A DNA stretch of 64,000 nt, from assembly GCA_041690355.1 (NCBI GenBank), contig JAWLHK010000001.1, positions 361,376 to 425,375 of the forward strand. The letters are read 5' to 3'. The notes under the pieces were generated by a model that searched no databases, was not told the origin of the DNA, and saw nothing but the letters and a program-made list of their open reading frames with translations. This DNA is from a bacterium (GTDB taxonomy: Bacteria > J088 > JAWLBW01). Position 1 is the first letter of the stretch, and each line of letters begins with the position of its first letter. The position numbers and the translations under genes are program-made. Positions 1 to 8,243 of this stretch are shown piece after piece.

Positions 1-369
1 GATCGCTATCTGGCCTCGACTCTTGTCTGGGCGCGGAATGTCCCCGACGGGGAACCTTCGAGCGACGCCTGGCGGCTGGAGTCGGCCTGGCGCATGGGCC
101 GCCACGAGCCGTTCGCCCGGGTCGAGTGGGTCGAAAAGGAGGGGCACGATCTCGTTCTGCGTCCCGAAGACGAAGAGCGGCTGTACGACGTGCTGGCGCT
201 CGGACTGGGCTACCTGCACCACCTGCCCGGCCTCGGTCCCGTCGGCTGGGGGATCGGAGCGCGCGGGACTTTACACCGGCTGCCCGAGCGGCTGGCGGAC
301 TACTATGGTTCGCAATACCCCGTCGGGGGGATGGTCTTCGTCAACCTCCGGCCGGCGGCGGAACCCTGA
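1..369 (+). CDS. C-terminal fragment of an unidentified protein; the gene starts upstream of the window
   Basis: Frame 1 is open from nt 1 to the stop at 367-369. No recognisable motif. Confidence 0.35.
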   Translation, partial: DRYLASTLVWARNVPDGEPSSDAWRLESAWRMGRHEPFARVEWVEKEGHDLVLRPEDEERLYDVLALGLGYLHHLPGLGPVGWGIGARGTLHRLPERLADYYGSQYPVGGMVFVNLRPAAEP

Positions 370-408
370 GTCCCGCCGTCACCGGAAAGTCGAACTCTCA
401 GCCGACGA

Positions 409-1203
409 TTACGGGTTGAACGTGACTTCGGTGTACCCGTAGCTCTGCGTGCCGTCCATGACCCGCTCGACCATGAGCGCGTCGGGGAACCGCATGGTCC
501 ACGAGCCGGGGTGGTAGAAGCTCACCCGCATGCGCTTTTCTTCCTGCGCCGCGGCCCGGCTCGAGCACACATCGCCCGAGCACTGCGGCAGGCTCTGCAG
601 CATGCCGCTGATGCCCCATTCGGCATTGCCGTTATAGATGAAATCGGCGAAGACTTCCTCGCTCGTATACGGTTCGGGGCCGATCTGCCCCTGGTGCGAG
701 TAGATCGAGCAGTTGACGGCGCAGGAGTCGACGATGTTCTTTTCCATGGTCGCGTCGTCGCAATCGACGCACGAGCAGGCCTTGACGCAGGCCGTGGTGC
801 ACGAATAGCCCTGCTGCTGGGCGAGGACGTTGCAGGCGTCGACCGAGTAACTCCCGCTGCCGCCGTCGACGACGAGCGGGTCGACCACGTAAACGACGCC
901 ATCGTATTCCATGTAGACGGCCGATGCGGCCGAGCCCTGAATCGTGAAATCAAGACCGGTTTCGGTGTCGCTGATGCGCGTCCACGCGACGTTCGACACG
1001 ACAGGGGCGCCATCGCCCATCGTCGGTTCGGGCATCGGGCCGTTATGAACGCGGCCGTCGGGCAGACTGAACTCCCCGTTGCCGATGCATGCCCCCTGAC
1101 AGATGAATTCATCATCGGGCTCGGGGAGCTCCGGAAAATCGAGCAGGCCGATACAGCCGGACAACAGCGTGACCAGGAGCACGAACGCGAATGTGGCGCG
1201 CAT
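409..1203 (-). CDS. Cysteine-rich secreted lipoprotein, function unknown
   Basis: N-terminal signal peptide with lipobox LLSGC. More than 20 Cys in clusters (CQGACIGNG, CVKACSCVDCDD, CAVNCS), suggesting a disulfide-rich extracytoplasmic domain. Confidence 0.55.
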   Translation of the reverse strand: MRATFAFVLLVTLLSGCIGLLDFPELPEPDDEFICQGACIGNGEFSLPDGRVHNGPMPEPTMGDGAPVVSNVAWTRISDTETGLDFTIQGSAASAVYMEYDGVVYVVDPLVVDGGSGSYSVDACNVLAQQQGYSCTTACVKACSCVDCDDATMEKNIVDSCAVNCSIYSHQGQIGPEPYTSEEVFADFIYNGNAEWGISGMLQSLPQCSGDVCSSRAAAQEEKRMRVSFYHPGSWTMRFPDALMVERVMDGTQSYGYTEVTFNP

Positions 1204-1380
1204 GGGGAATCCTGTAGCAGGAAACGGACGTTGAGGGGTGGCGGACGTAAACAGGTCCGGACGGCATGTCCGGAGCCAGGCGAGCGAATAATAGCACGGA
1301 GCCCCGCCGGGGCGCCAGATCGATCGTGCGGGACGGTATCCCTGCCGGCGGATACCAATCCGGGGTCATCACCGGGGACA

Positions 1381-2940
1381 TCAGGGGGGCGTCAGATAGG
1401 CAATGGCAAGCGAGCGATAGCGATGGGGGATGTCGGTATGGTTGACGCCGACCTCCAACGTTGCGCGCAGGCGCTCGCGGAAGCGGATCTGATCGGCGCC
1501 GAGGAAGTAACGGGCCATCTGCGCACGCCCCCATCCGGCGCGGGTCACGTCCACGAGCGACACGCCTCCCCAGGGCGCGCCGTAGGGCCCGTCCTTGAAG
1601 TAGAAGCCGCCGTTGAACAGATCCTCCGTCCCGGTGCCCCGCCCGCGGATTTCGCCGTCAATCTCCCAGACCTCGTCCCCCTCGAGAAAATTGTGCGGGT
1701 CGGAGATCAGGATGTGCGTATCGGGCGCACTCTCGGCCGCGAGCAGAAACGCGACGAGCCGGCCGCTTCCCCCGATATCCGCCCAGGTGTGCAGCGCCGG
1801 CTCGATGGCATCGTGGACGGCGGTCTGCACGAAAAATCGGCCCGGGGGGATGGCAATCGGCTCGGCCAACGTGTCGATGCGATAGCGGATGTCGGCCGGC
1901 TGGGTGACCGCCAGCGAAATCTCCCCTTCGCGCCCGTGGGGCCAGCCCCACCGCAGAAGGCACGAGATCGACGCCTCGTCCCGGCGCACGACGATACGTC
2001 CGCCGTCCCAGTCGGCCCACTCGAGGCCCGCATTGCATAGATCGCCCACGCGCGCCGCGCTGGCCACGCCGTCGAAGGCAAACGAGAGCACCGCCCGGCG
2101 CAGCGTTTCGGCATCCCCGCGCGCCGCGGTGAGCCGGATCTGAACCGCCGCACCGGGCCCCCGCCGCGCGTAGAGCGTGGCCGCCGTCCCCGCGAGAGCA
2201 TGCTCGGACCCCGCCAGGATCGCGCCGCTGCCCGCTTCGGCCCGAGCGGGCGGCAGATCTCCCTGCACCAGATCGATCTGGTGATAGTAGAGTTTGTGCC
2301 GCGGATGGGCGAGTACGACCCAGGCCTCGCGTTCGAAACGAAAAGGGGTATCGAGAACGAGGGAGCCGGAATAGATGGTTCCGAATTCCGAAAAAGGCGT
2401 ATCGAGGAACGGCTCGGCGATCCCGTCTGCGAAAATCTGGAGCCGCTCGTTCTCCCACTGCACGTTGCGCACCAGGTCGAGCGCGGTCAGCCAGATCCGC
2501 GACACGGTGCCCGGGCCGGCCAGGTGCGCGTAGACGAGCCCGTCGACCGCTTCGGGACAGACCGGCCACCGGCGGACGTGAAAGGCCATCGGATCGGGGC
2601 TCGGCGTGCGGCGGCAATCGGCATCGAAGGCGCCGAAGTCGGCGTTGCCGGCCGGAAAAACGGGGAGCAGGTTGTAAACCCCGGGATCCCAGGACGAAAG
2701 CATGCGCCAGCGGTTTTCGTAGAGACGGGCGGGGCCGAGCAGGTCGTCCCGCTCGGCCAGGGGCGTGGAATCGAAGCGCGCCGACGCAGCGCGCGGCTCC
2801 GCCAGACGGGCGTGATCCGTACAGGCGGCCGACAAACCCAGCGCGGCCAGGGCGAGGGTCTGCAGCATGAAACGGCGTGCAATCACGGCGACATCGTACC
2901 GCATCGGCCGGCTCGTCGAAACCGCACCGTACCGCTTCAT
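1381..2940 (-). CDS. Secreted lipoprotein, possibly DUF2961/GH172-like beta-sandwich hydrolase
   Basis: RR-containing n-region plus LALAALGLSAAC lipobox. Length and a LFNGGFYFKDG-type motif resemble DUF2961. In-frame alternative starts at 2904 and 2868. Confidence 0.45.
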   Translation of the reverse strand: MKRYGAVSTSRPMRYDVAVIARRFMLQTLALAALGLSAACTDHARLAEPRAASARFDSTPLAERDDLLGPARLYENRWRMLSSWDPGVYNLLPVFPAGNADFGAFDADCRRTPSPDPMAFHVRRWPVCPEAVDGLVYAHLAGPGTVSRIWLTALDLVRNVQWENERLQIFADGIAEPFLDTPFSEFGTIYSGSLVLDTPFRFEREAWVVLAHPRHKLYYHQIDLVQGDLPPARAEAGSGAILAGSEHALAGTAATLYARRGPGAAVQIRLTAARGDAETLRRAVLSFAFDGVASAARVGDLCNAGLEWADWDGGRIVVRRDEASISCLLRWGWPHGREGEISLAVTQPADIRYRIDTLAEPIAIPPGRFFVQTAVHDAIEPALHTWADIGGSGRLVAFLLAAESAPDTHILISDPHNFLEGDEVWEIDGEIRGRGTGTEDLFNGGFYFKDGPYGAPWGGVSLVDVTRAGWGRAQMARYFLGADQIRFRERLRATLEVGVNHTDIPHRYRSLAIAYLTPP

Positions 2941-2992
2941 AAAGGGCTCCGGCGCGCTTGCAACCGCCGCCCGCAGTGATTACCGTATAAGC

Positions 2993-3379
2993 ATGGAAGT
3001 GCGGCGCATCCTGGCCATCGACGACGACGAAGACATCCTGACGGTCGTCCAGAAAGTGCTGCGCCGTGCAGGCTGGGAGATACATACGGCCGGCTCGCAC
3101 GAAGAGGCCATGGCCTTGGCGGCCACGGTACGCCCCGAACTCATTCTGCTCGACATGGACATGCCCGGGTGCGACGGCGCCTGCCTGCTCGAGCGGCTGC
3201 GCGGCCTGCCTGAAACGGCGGCGGTTCCCGTCTTTTTTCTTTCGGGGGGATTCGGCGCCGACGATTCGGACACCATCCCCGGCGCCCAGGGCCTGCTACG
3301 CAAACCGTTCGGGCCGACGGAGCTGCCCGCGCAGATCCGTCGCCTTCTCGACGCGCTCGAACCGTCGGCGTCCGCATGA
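2993..3379 (+). CDS. Single-domain response regulator (CheY-like receiver)
   Basis: AIDDDED acidic pocket, LILLDMDMP phospho-Asp, FFLSGG and LRKP. The start was reassigned to an internal ATG; the ORF-track start at 2867 is an unsupported upstream extension. The stop overlaps the next gene start (ATGA). Confidence 0.8.
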   Translation: MEVRRILAIDDDEDILTVVQKVLRRAGWEIHTAGSHEEAMALAATVRPELILLDMDMPGCDGACLLERLRGLPETAAVPVFFLSGGFGADDSDTIPGAQGLLRKPFGPTELPAQIRRLLDALEPSASA

Positions 3380-5400
3380 AAATTCTTCTCGTCGACGACG
3401 ATCAGGCCTTCGTCGATCTCCTGCAGAAAACGCTGATCCACCACGGCCACACGGTAAGCGTCGCCTATCGTATCCGTGACGCGCGAACCCTTCTCGAGCG
3501 TGAGCGGCCGGATCTCGTCGTCGTCGACGGGCTGCTCCCCGACGGTAACGGAATGGCGTGGATCGAGGAGCGGCGGCAGGCCGGCGACACCTCGACCTTT
3601 CTCTTTCTCTCGGCGTTCTTCCGCGATCTGGCCAGCTTCCGCCGATTGACGCGCGACCTCTCGGTTCCGCTGATTCTGCACAAACCGATTTCACCGCTCG
3701 AGTTCATGCGGCAGGCGGCGCACTTTCTCGAGCCGACGGCTTCAGCCCCGGTTCCCCAGGCGCTGCCCGGCACGGCCCTCCTGCTGCCGCCGGCGGAATT
3801 CGACGATACCATCGATGATTTCGCCGCCGAGCTTGCGGGCCTGCGCGCCGAGTATCAGGCGAAGCTTGCCGTGCGGTTCGAAGACCTGGGGACGGCGCTT
3901 GCCGAGGCCGAACGCGACCCTGACCGGCACGAAACCGCCCTTCGCCTCGCCCACCGCCTGCACGGCACGGCCGGCTCGTACGGCTTTCACGAAGTGAGCG
4001 CCGCAGCGGGCACCATCGAAACCGCCCTGCGGGCGACCCCGCCCCGGTTCGCACAGGCGCGCGAGATGCTGCACCGCATGGTGCGACTGGGGGCGCTCAG
4101 CGATCCGCGGTCCGAGGCGGCCATGCCGGGCGCCTGGGTCGCCACCGTGCTCGTGATCGATTCCGATCCGGCCTTCCAGGTTGCCGTCCGCCATCTGGCC
4201 GACCGCGCCCTGGTACGCGTGTTCGGCGCCGCAGATGCCGCTGAGGCCCTCGCGCTGGTCTCCCGCAGCGAGTTCGACGGCATTCTGGTGAATCTGAGCG
4301 CCGCGCTGGAGAACGACGCCGCCCTTCTGGCCACGCTGCGCGGCCTCAAAGAGACGACCGGCGTGCCCATCGCCGTCCTGGCCGACGAAGCCGACGACGG
4401 CATCGAGAACCGCATTGCGGCGCAGCACGCGGGAGCCTCGCTCTTTCTCACGCGCCCGCTCGACTATCCCTCGTTCACGGACGGCGTGCGTTATCTCGCG
4501 GCCCTGCGGCATGCGGCTCGGGCCACCGTGCTGGCCGTCGACGACGACGCAGACTTTCTGCAGCTGCTCGAAAGTATGCTGCGCTCTGCCGGGTACCAGG
4601 CCGCGGTGTCAGCGGAACCGGAGTCGATACTCACGCTGCTAGCCGATCGGCAACCCGACGTCCTTCTGCTCGACGTCGACATGCCGACCATGTCGGGGTT
4701 CGACGTGTGCCGCATGCTGCGCACCCACTCGCGCTGGCGCGAGCTTCCCGTTCTCTTTCTGACCTCGCGCACCGATATGGAGTCGCGCATCGAAGCGTTT
4801 CGCGCGGGGGGCGACGACCTGCTCGTCAAGCCGATTGTGCGCGAGGAACTCGCCGCGCGCCTCGATCTGCGGCTCGAGCGCAATCGCCTGCTGCGTGAGA
4901 AGATGGAGCACGACGGCTTGACCGGCCTCCTGCTGCGCCCCCCATTTCTCACCGCGCTTGCCGCGCGCCTGCACGAGGCGGCGCGCAAGAACGCAAGCCT
5001 CGCGGTGGCCTTGCTCGACGTCGACCATTTCAAAACGGTCAATGATCGATACGGCCACGGGGTCGGCGACCGCGTCCTTGCGCGCCTCGGGGCGTCGATT
5101 GCCGGCCGGTTCCGCGCCGAGGATCTGCGCGCGCGCTGGGGCGGCGAGGAGATCGCGCTGGCTTTTCTCGAACAGTCGGCCGAGATGGCGCACGCGCTGC
5201 TCGAACGGCTGCTCGCCGAGTTTTCGCGTATCGAGTTCCACAGCGATGCGGGAGAATCCTTCCACGTCCAGTTCAGCGCCGGCGTGGCTGCGTTTCCCGC
5301 GGATGGCGACACGGTGGAACTGTTGCTGAAACGCGCCGACGATCGCCTGCTGGCCGCCAAGCGCGCGGGGCGCAACCGCATCAACTCGAGTGACGAGTGA
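3376..5400 (+). CDS. Multidomain response regulator / diguanylate cyclase: REC-HPt-(pseudo)REC-REC-GGDEF
   Basis: REC1 has DDD, VVVDGLLPD and LHKP. An HPt-like helix carries LAHRLHGTAGSYGF. REC2 has the phospho-acceptor replaced (ILVNL) and K replaced by R. REC3 is intact (DDD, LLLDVDMP, FLTSR, LVKP). A C-terminal GGDEF domain has the RWGGEEI active-site variant and an RAED (RxxD) I-site. Confidence 0.8.
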   Translation: MKILLVDDDQAFVDLLQKTLIHHGHTVSVAYRIRDARTLLERERPDLVVVDGLLPDGNGMAWIEERRQAGDTSTFLFLSAFFRDLASFRRLTRDLSVPLILHKPISPLEFMRQAAHFLEPTASAPVPQALPGTALLLPPAEFDDTIDDFAAELAGLRAEYQAKLAVRFEDLGTALAEAERDPDRHETALRLAHRLHGTAGSYGFHEVSAAAGTIETALRATPPRFAQAREMLHRMVRLGALSDPRSEAAMPGAWVATVLVIDSDPAFQVAVRHLADRALVRVFGAADAAEALALVSRSEFDGILVNLSAALENDAALLATLRGLKETTGVPIAVLADEADDGIENRIAAQHAGASLFLTRPLDYPSFTDGVRYLAALRHAARATVLAVDDDADFLQLLESMLRSAGYQAAVSAEPESILTLLADRQPDVLLLDVDMPTMSGFDVCRMLRTHSRWRELPVLFLTSRTDMESRIEAFRAGGDDLLVKPIVREELAARLDLRLERNRLLREKMEHDGLTGLLLRPPFLTALAARLHEAARKNASLAVALLDVDHFKTVNDRYGHGVGDRVLARLGASIAGRFRAEDLRARWGGEEIALAFLEQSAEMAHALLERLLAEFSRIEFHSDAGESFHVQFSAGVAAFPADGDTVELLLKRADDRLLAAKRAGRNRINSSDE

Positions 5401-5450
5401 CTTAGAGTTTTGAGTTCCGAGTTTTGAGTGACGAGTGACGAGTGACGATC
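5388..5450 (+). repeat. Heptanucleotide tandem array A: about 9 in-phase units of GAGTGAC / TTTGAGT type
   Basis: gagtgac gagtgac ttagagt tttgagt tccgagt tttgagt gacgagt gacgagt gacgatc. The first two units encode the last residues and the stop codon of the GGDEF gene. Confidence 0.8.
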
Positions 5451-5522
5451 TGTCCGGAAAGGACCTTGGTGCCAGTCTGGCGCTCAGTGCTTGGCGCTCG
5501 CTCCCCCTGCTCTTGCTTCTTA

Positions 5523-5550
5523 AGAATTAAGAATCAGGAATCAGGAATGC
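5523..5550 (+). repeat. Heptanucleotide tandem array B: 4 units of AAGAATC / AGGAATC type
   Basis: aagaatt aagaatc aggaatc aggaatg, 72 nt downstream of array A. Confidence 0.75.
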
Positions 5551-5617
5551 TCTGATCCCCTCCCCCCTTCCCCGCCTCCGGATCCGATTTTATAGTGGAC
5601 TCTCGAAGAGAGGTCCC

Positions 5618-5896
5618 ATGGCGAGTACAGAACCTACGGCGCCCCAGGTGTCGATGACCCGGCTCATCGTGACGATTGCGGTTTTCGTCGTCATCGGATT
5701 GCCCATGGTCGGCTACCTGTGGGAAACGCTCAACGGCGTGCTCGCGCTGCGGAGCAGCTGGCAACAGGTGGGGATCGCGATTCCCGTCCTGGCCGTCTTT
5801 CTCGTGCTGCTCTTTCTGCTGGCGCGCACGATCGAGCGGTGGAACGACGGAGCGTCTTCACGGGCCGGCCGCGCCGGCGGAGGGAGTCATGGCTGA
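5618..5896 (+). CDS. Small 2-TM membrane protein, function unknown (first gene of the oxidase cluster)
   Basis: Two hydrophobic helices. RBS AGAGAGG upstream. Overlaps the next gene by 7 nt. Confidence 0.45.
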   Translation: MASTEPTAPQVSMTRLIVTIAVFVVIGLPMVGYLWETLNGVLALRSSWQQVGIAIPVLAVFLVLLFLLARTIERWNDGASSRAGRAGGGSHG

Positions 5897-6071
5897 TCAG
5901 GATCCGGAACGCAAAGAGCCGCTGGCCATGGGGAGCGACTGGCCAGAAGACACCGAGTTCGGCCCCGGCGAAGAGCCGGTGGCGACCGGTACCTTCTTTC
6001 TCATGATCGTCTTTCTCATGTTGATCTTCGGCTTCTGGGTGATGATGTACGTGCTTCTGCTGGGGCGCTGA
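5890..6071 (+). CDS. 60-aa single-TM protein, candidate small accessory subunit of the B-family oxidase (subunit IIa-like)
   Basis: Internal ATG of ORF 5676..6071. Acidic N-terminus plus one C-terminal TM helix. Sits immediately upstream of and adjacent to the oxidase subunit II gene. Confidence 0.4.
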
Positions 6072-6072
6072 C

Positions 6073-6540
6073 ATGAAGGTCCATCGCTACGACAAGGCGT
6101 TTCTCATCGTTGGCGGCGTCCTTCTGGTGGGCTGCCTGTTCGCCCTGCTCTACGCCTCCGTGGGCATGGGGATCCACCTGCCCGGACGCCACGCAACCAT
6201 CGACCCCCAGGCCGTGCACACGACGCCCCCCTTCGATAATCCCGGCGTACGCCAGCTTCCCGACGGACGAGTCGAAGCTGTCGTCGTGGGGCAGATCTGG
6301 AGCTTCGTCCCCGCAGAGATTCGCCTCCCCCTCGGCAAGGAAATCGTCTTCACGGTAACTTCCGCCGACGTGATCCACGGGTTCCACATCGACGGCACGC
6401 GCGTCAACATGATGATGATCCCCGGGCAGATCTCGCGGAACACCTACACGTTCCGGCGCCCGGGAGAATACCTGCTCGTCTGCCATGAATACTGCGGCGC
6501 GGCCCACCATACGATGGCCGGAAAGGTGATTGTGGAATGA
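6073..6540 (+). CDS. cbaB: Cytochrome c oxidase subunit II, ba3/B-family (CuA domain, no cytochrome c domain)
   Basis: One N-terminal TM helix. CuA ligand motif HGFHIDG ... CHEYCGAAHHTM. Short, about 155 aa, as in Thermus ba3 subunit II. Confidence 0.8.
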   Translation: MKVHRYDKAFLIVGGVLLVGCLFALLYASVGMGIHLPGRHATIDPQAVHTTPPFDNPGVRQLPDGRVEAVVVGQIWSFVPAEIRLPLGKEIVFTVTSADVIHGFHIDGTRVNMMMIPGQISRNTYTFRRPGEYLLVCHEYCGAAHHTMAGKVIVE

Positions 6541-8207
6541 GCGCGACAACTTCGATTGTCCTCGATCCCCTGGGATTCGACCTTCCCCGCGATCACCGCC
6601 GGGCCATCCGGTGGACGGTCTATGTCGGCTATCTCGCCCTGACGGCCGGGATCTTCCACGGCCTGGCCCAATCGCTCTCCTACGCGAAGATCGACATCCT
6701 CGAGTACTTCCCCTTTCTGCGCAGCTACTACCAGGGGCTGACCGCGCATGGCGTGGCCAACGCGCTGATCTTCACGTTCTCGTTCAGCAACGCCTTTCTG
6801 CCCCTGATGACCGCGCGCGCCCTGAGCGCGAAGTTGAGCGGGTTTCTGCTCTGGCTCTCGCTCGATCTGCTCATCGCGGGGAACATTCTCGTCATCTATG
6901 CCGTGACGACGAACCAGGCCAGCGTTCTCTACACGTCCTATGCGCCTCTCCAGGCCCACTGGACGTACTATATCGGACTGGTCCTTGTGGTCGTCTCGAC
7001 CTGGGTGGCGCTGGTGAACATGCTCGGCGTCTACCGGCGATACCGCAAGGCTCATCCGGACGCGCGCGTTCCGCTGCTCGCGCACATCGCGGTCATCAGC
7101 TACGTCATGTGGTTTCTGGCCTCGCTGCCGATCGCAACCAGTTTCCTCGCGTTTCTCACCCCTTGGACAGTGGGGTTGACCGAGAAGACCGATCCGCTCT
7201 TCATCCGCACACTGTTCTGGTTCACGGGGCACGCCATCGTCTATGCATGGCTGCTTCCGGGCTACGTTTCCTGGTACGCCACTGTGCCGCGCCTGGCAGG
7301 GGGGAAAATCATCAGTGACCCGCTGACGCGCTTCGTGTTCATCCTCTTTCTGCTCTACTCGATTCCGACTGGATTCCACCACCAGTACACCGACCCCGGA
7401 ATCAGCACGACGATGAAGGGGATCCACGCCGTGCTGACCTTCATCGTCTTTTTTCCAAGTCTGGCAACGGCGTTCACGATGATGGCGGCCCTCGAGATGG
7501 GCGGCCGTCGCCACGGCGGCACCGGCCTGTTCGGGTGGATCCGCAAGATCCCGTGGGGCGACCCATCACTTGCGGCACAGGTTCTGGCCATGATCACGTT
7601 CGTGTTCGGCGGCATCACGGGCCTGATCAACGCAAGCTTCACCATGAATCAGGTCATCCACAACACGACCTGGGTCCCCGGGCACTTCCACATGACCGTC
7701 GGGAGCGCGGTCGCCCTGACCCTGATGGGTGTCGCCTATTGGATGATCCCGTATCTGACGGGACGCGCGCTCTTCAGCCGCACCATGGGGCTGGCTTCTT
7801 CATGGATTTATACGATCGGGGTGCTCATCTTCGCGCGTGGCATGATCTCGGCGGGGCTCGCGGGCATGCCGCGGCGGACCTTCATCGCCCAGGCGACGTA
7901 CTACCGGGAAGGCTGGGAGCTTTCAGGGGCGATTACGGCCGTCGGCGGAACGCTCATGTTCATCGGCATCGCCCTGTTCTTCATCGACATGCTGCTGACC
8001 ACCGTGGCGGGAAAGAAAGGGGCCGGCCCACGCGACATCCCGCTTTCGTCGACACTGTTCGCTCCGGCGCGCCACGGATGGGAACGGCACCTCGACCGAC
8101 TTGGCTGGTGGGTCGTGGCGGCCATCGCGCTGATTCTGATCGCCTACGGGCCGTTCTTTCTGACCTACGCGCCGCGCTTCGTTTCGCCAGGCTTTCAGAT
8201 CTGGTAG
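6537..8207 (+). CDS. cbaA: Cytochrome c oxidase subunit I, B-family (ba3-type heme-copper oxidase)
   Basis: Polytopic protein of 556 aa. GHFHMTVGS and other conserved His-containing helices of heme-copper oxidase subunit I. Overlaps the subunit II stop (ATGA). Confidence 0.85.
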   Translation: MSATTSIVLDPLGFDLPRDHRRAIRWTVYVGYLALTAGIFHGLAQSLSYAKIDILEYFPFLRSYYQGLTAHGVANALIFTFSFSNAFLPLMTARALSAKLSGFLLWLSLDLLIAGNILVIYAVTTNQASVLYTSYAPLQAHWTYYIGLVLVVVSTWVALVNMLGVYRRYRKAHPDARVPLLAHIAVISYVMWFLASLPIATSFLAFLTPWTVGLTEKTDPLFIRTLFWFTGHAIVYAWLLPGYVSWYATVPRLAGGKIISDPLTRFVFILFLLYSIPTGFHHQYTDPGISTTMKGIHAVLTFIVFFPSLATAFTMMAALEMGGRRHGGTGLFGWIRKIPWGDPSLAAQVLAMITFVFGGITGLINASFTMNQVIHNTTWVPGHFHMTVGSAVALTLMGVAYWMIPYLTGRALFSRTMGLASSWIYTIGVLIFARGMISAGLAGMPRRTFIAQATYYREGWELSGAITAVGGTLMFIGIALFFIDMLLTTVAGKKGAGPRDIPLSSTLFAPARHGWERHLDRLGWWVVAAIALILIAYGPFFLTYAPRFVSPGFQIW

Positions 8208-8243
8208 CGGCCTGCTTGCGCCGCACCATCAGCGTGCGGCCGC

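Noticed and set aside
511-3100. Several long ORFs (511..2040 plus strand, 1658..3100 minus strand, and others) overlapping the two lipoprotein genes
   Set aside because: Arg/Ala/Gly-rich, no motifs, and they overlap better-supported genes that have signal peptides.
5388-5550. Whether the heptamer arrays are a CRISPR array
   Set aside because: The repeat unit is only 7 bp and tandem with no unique spacers, and no cas genes are present.
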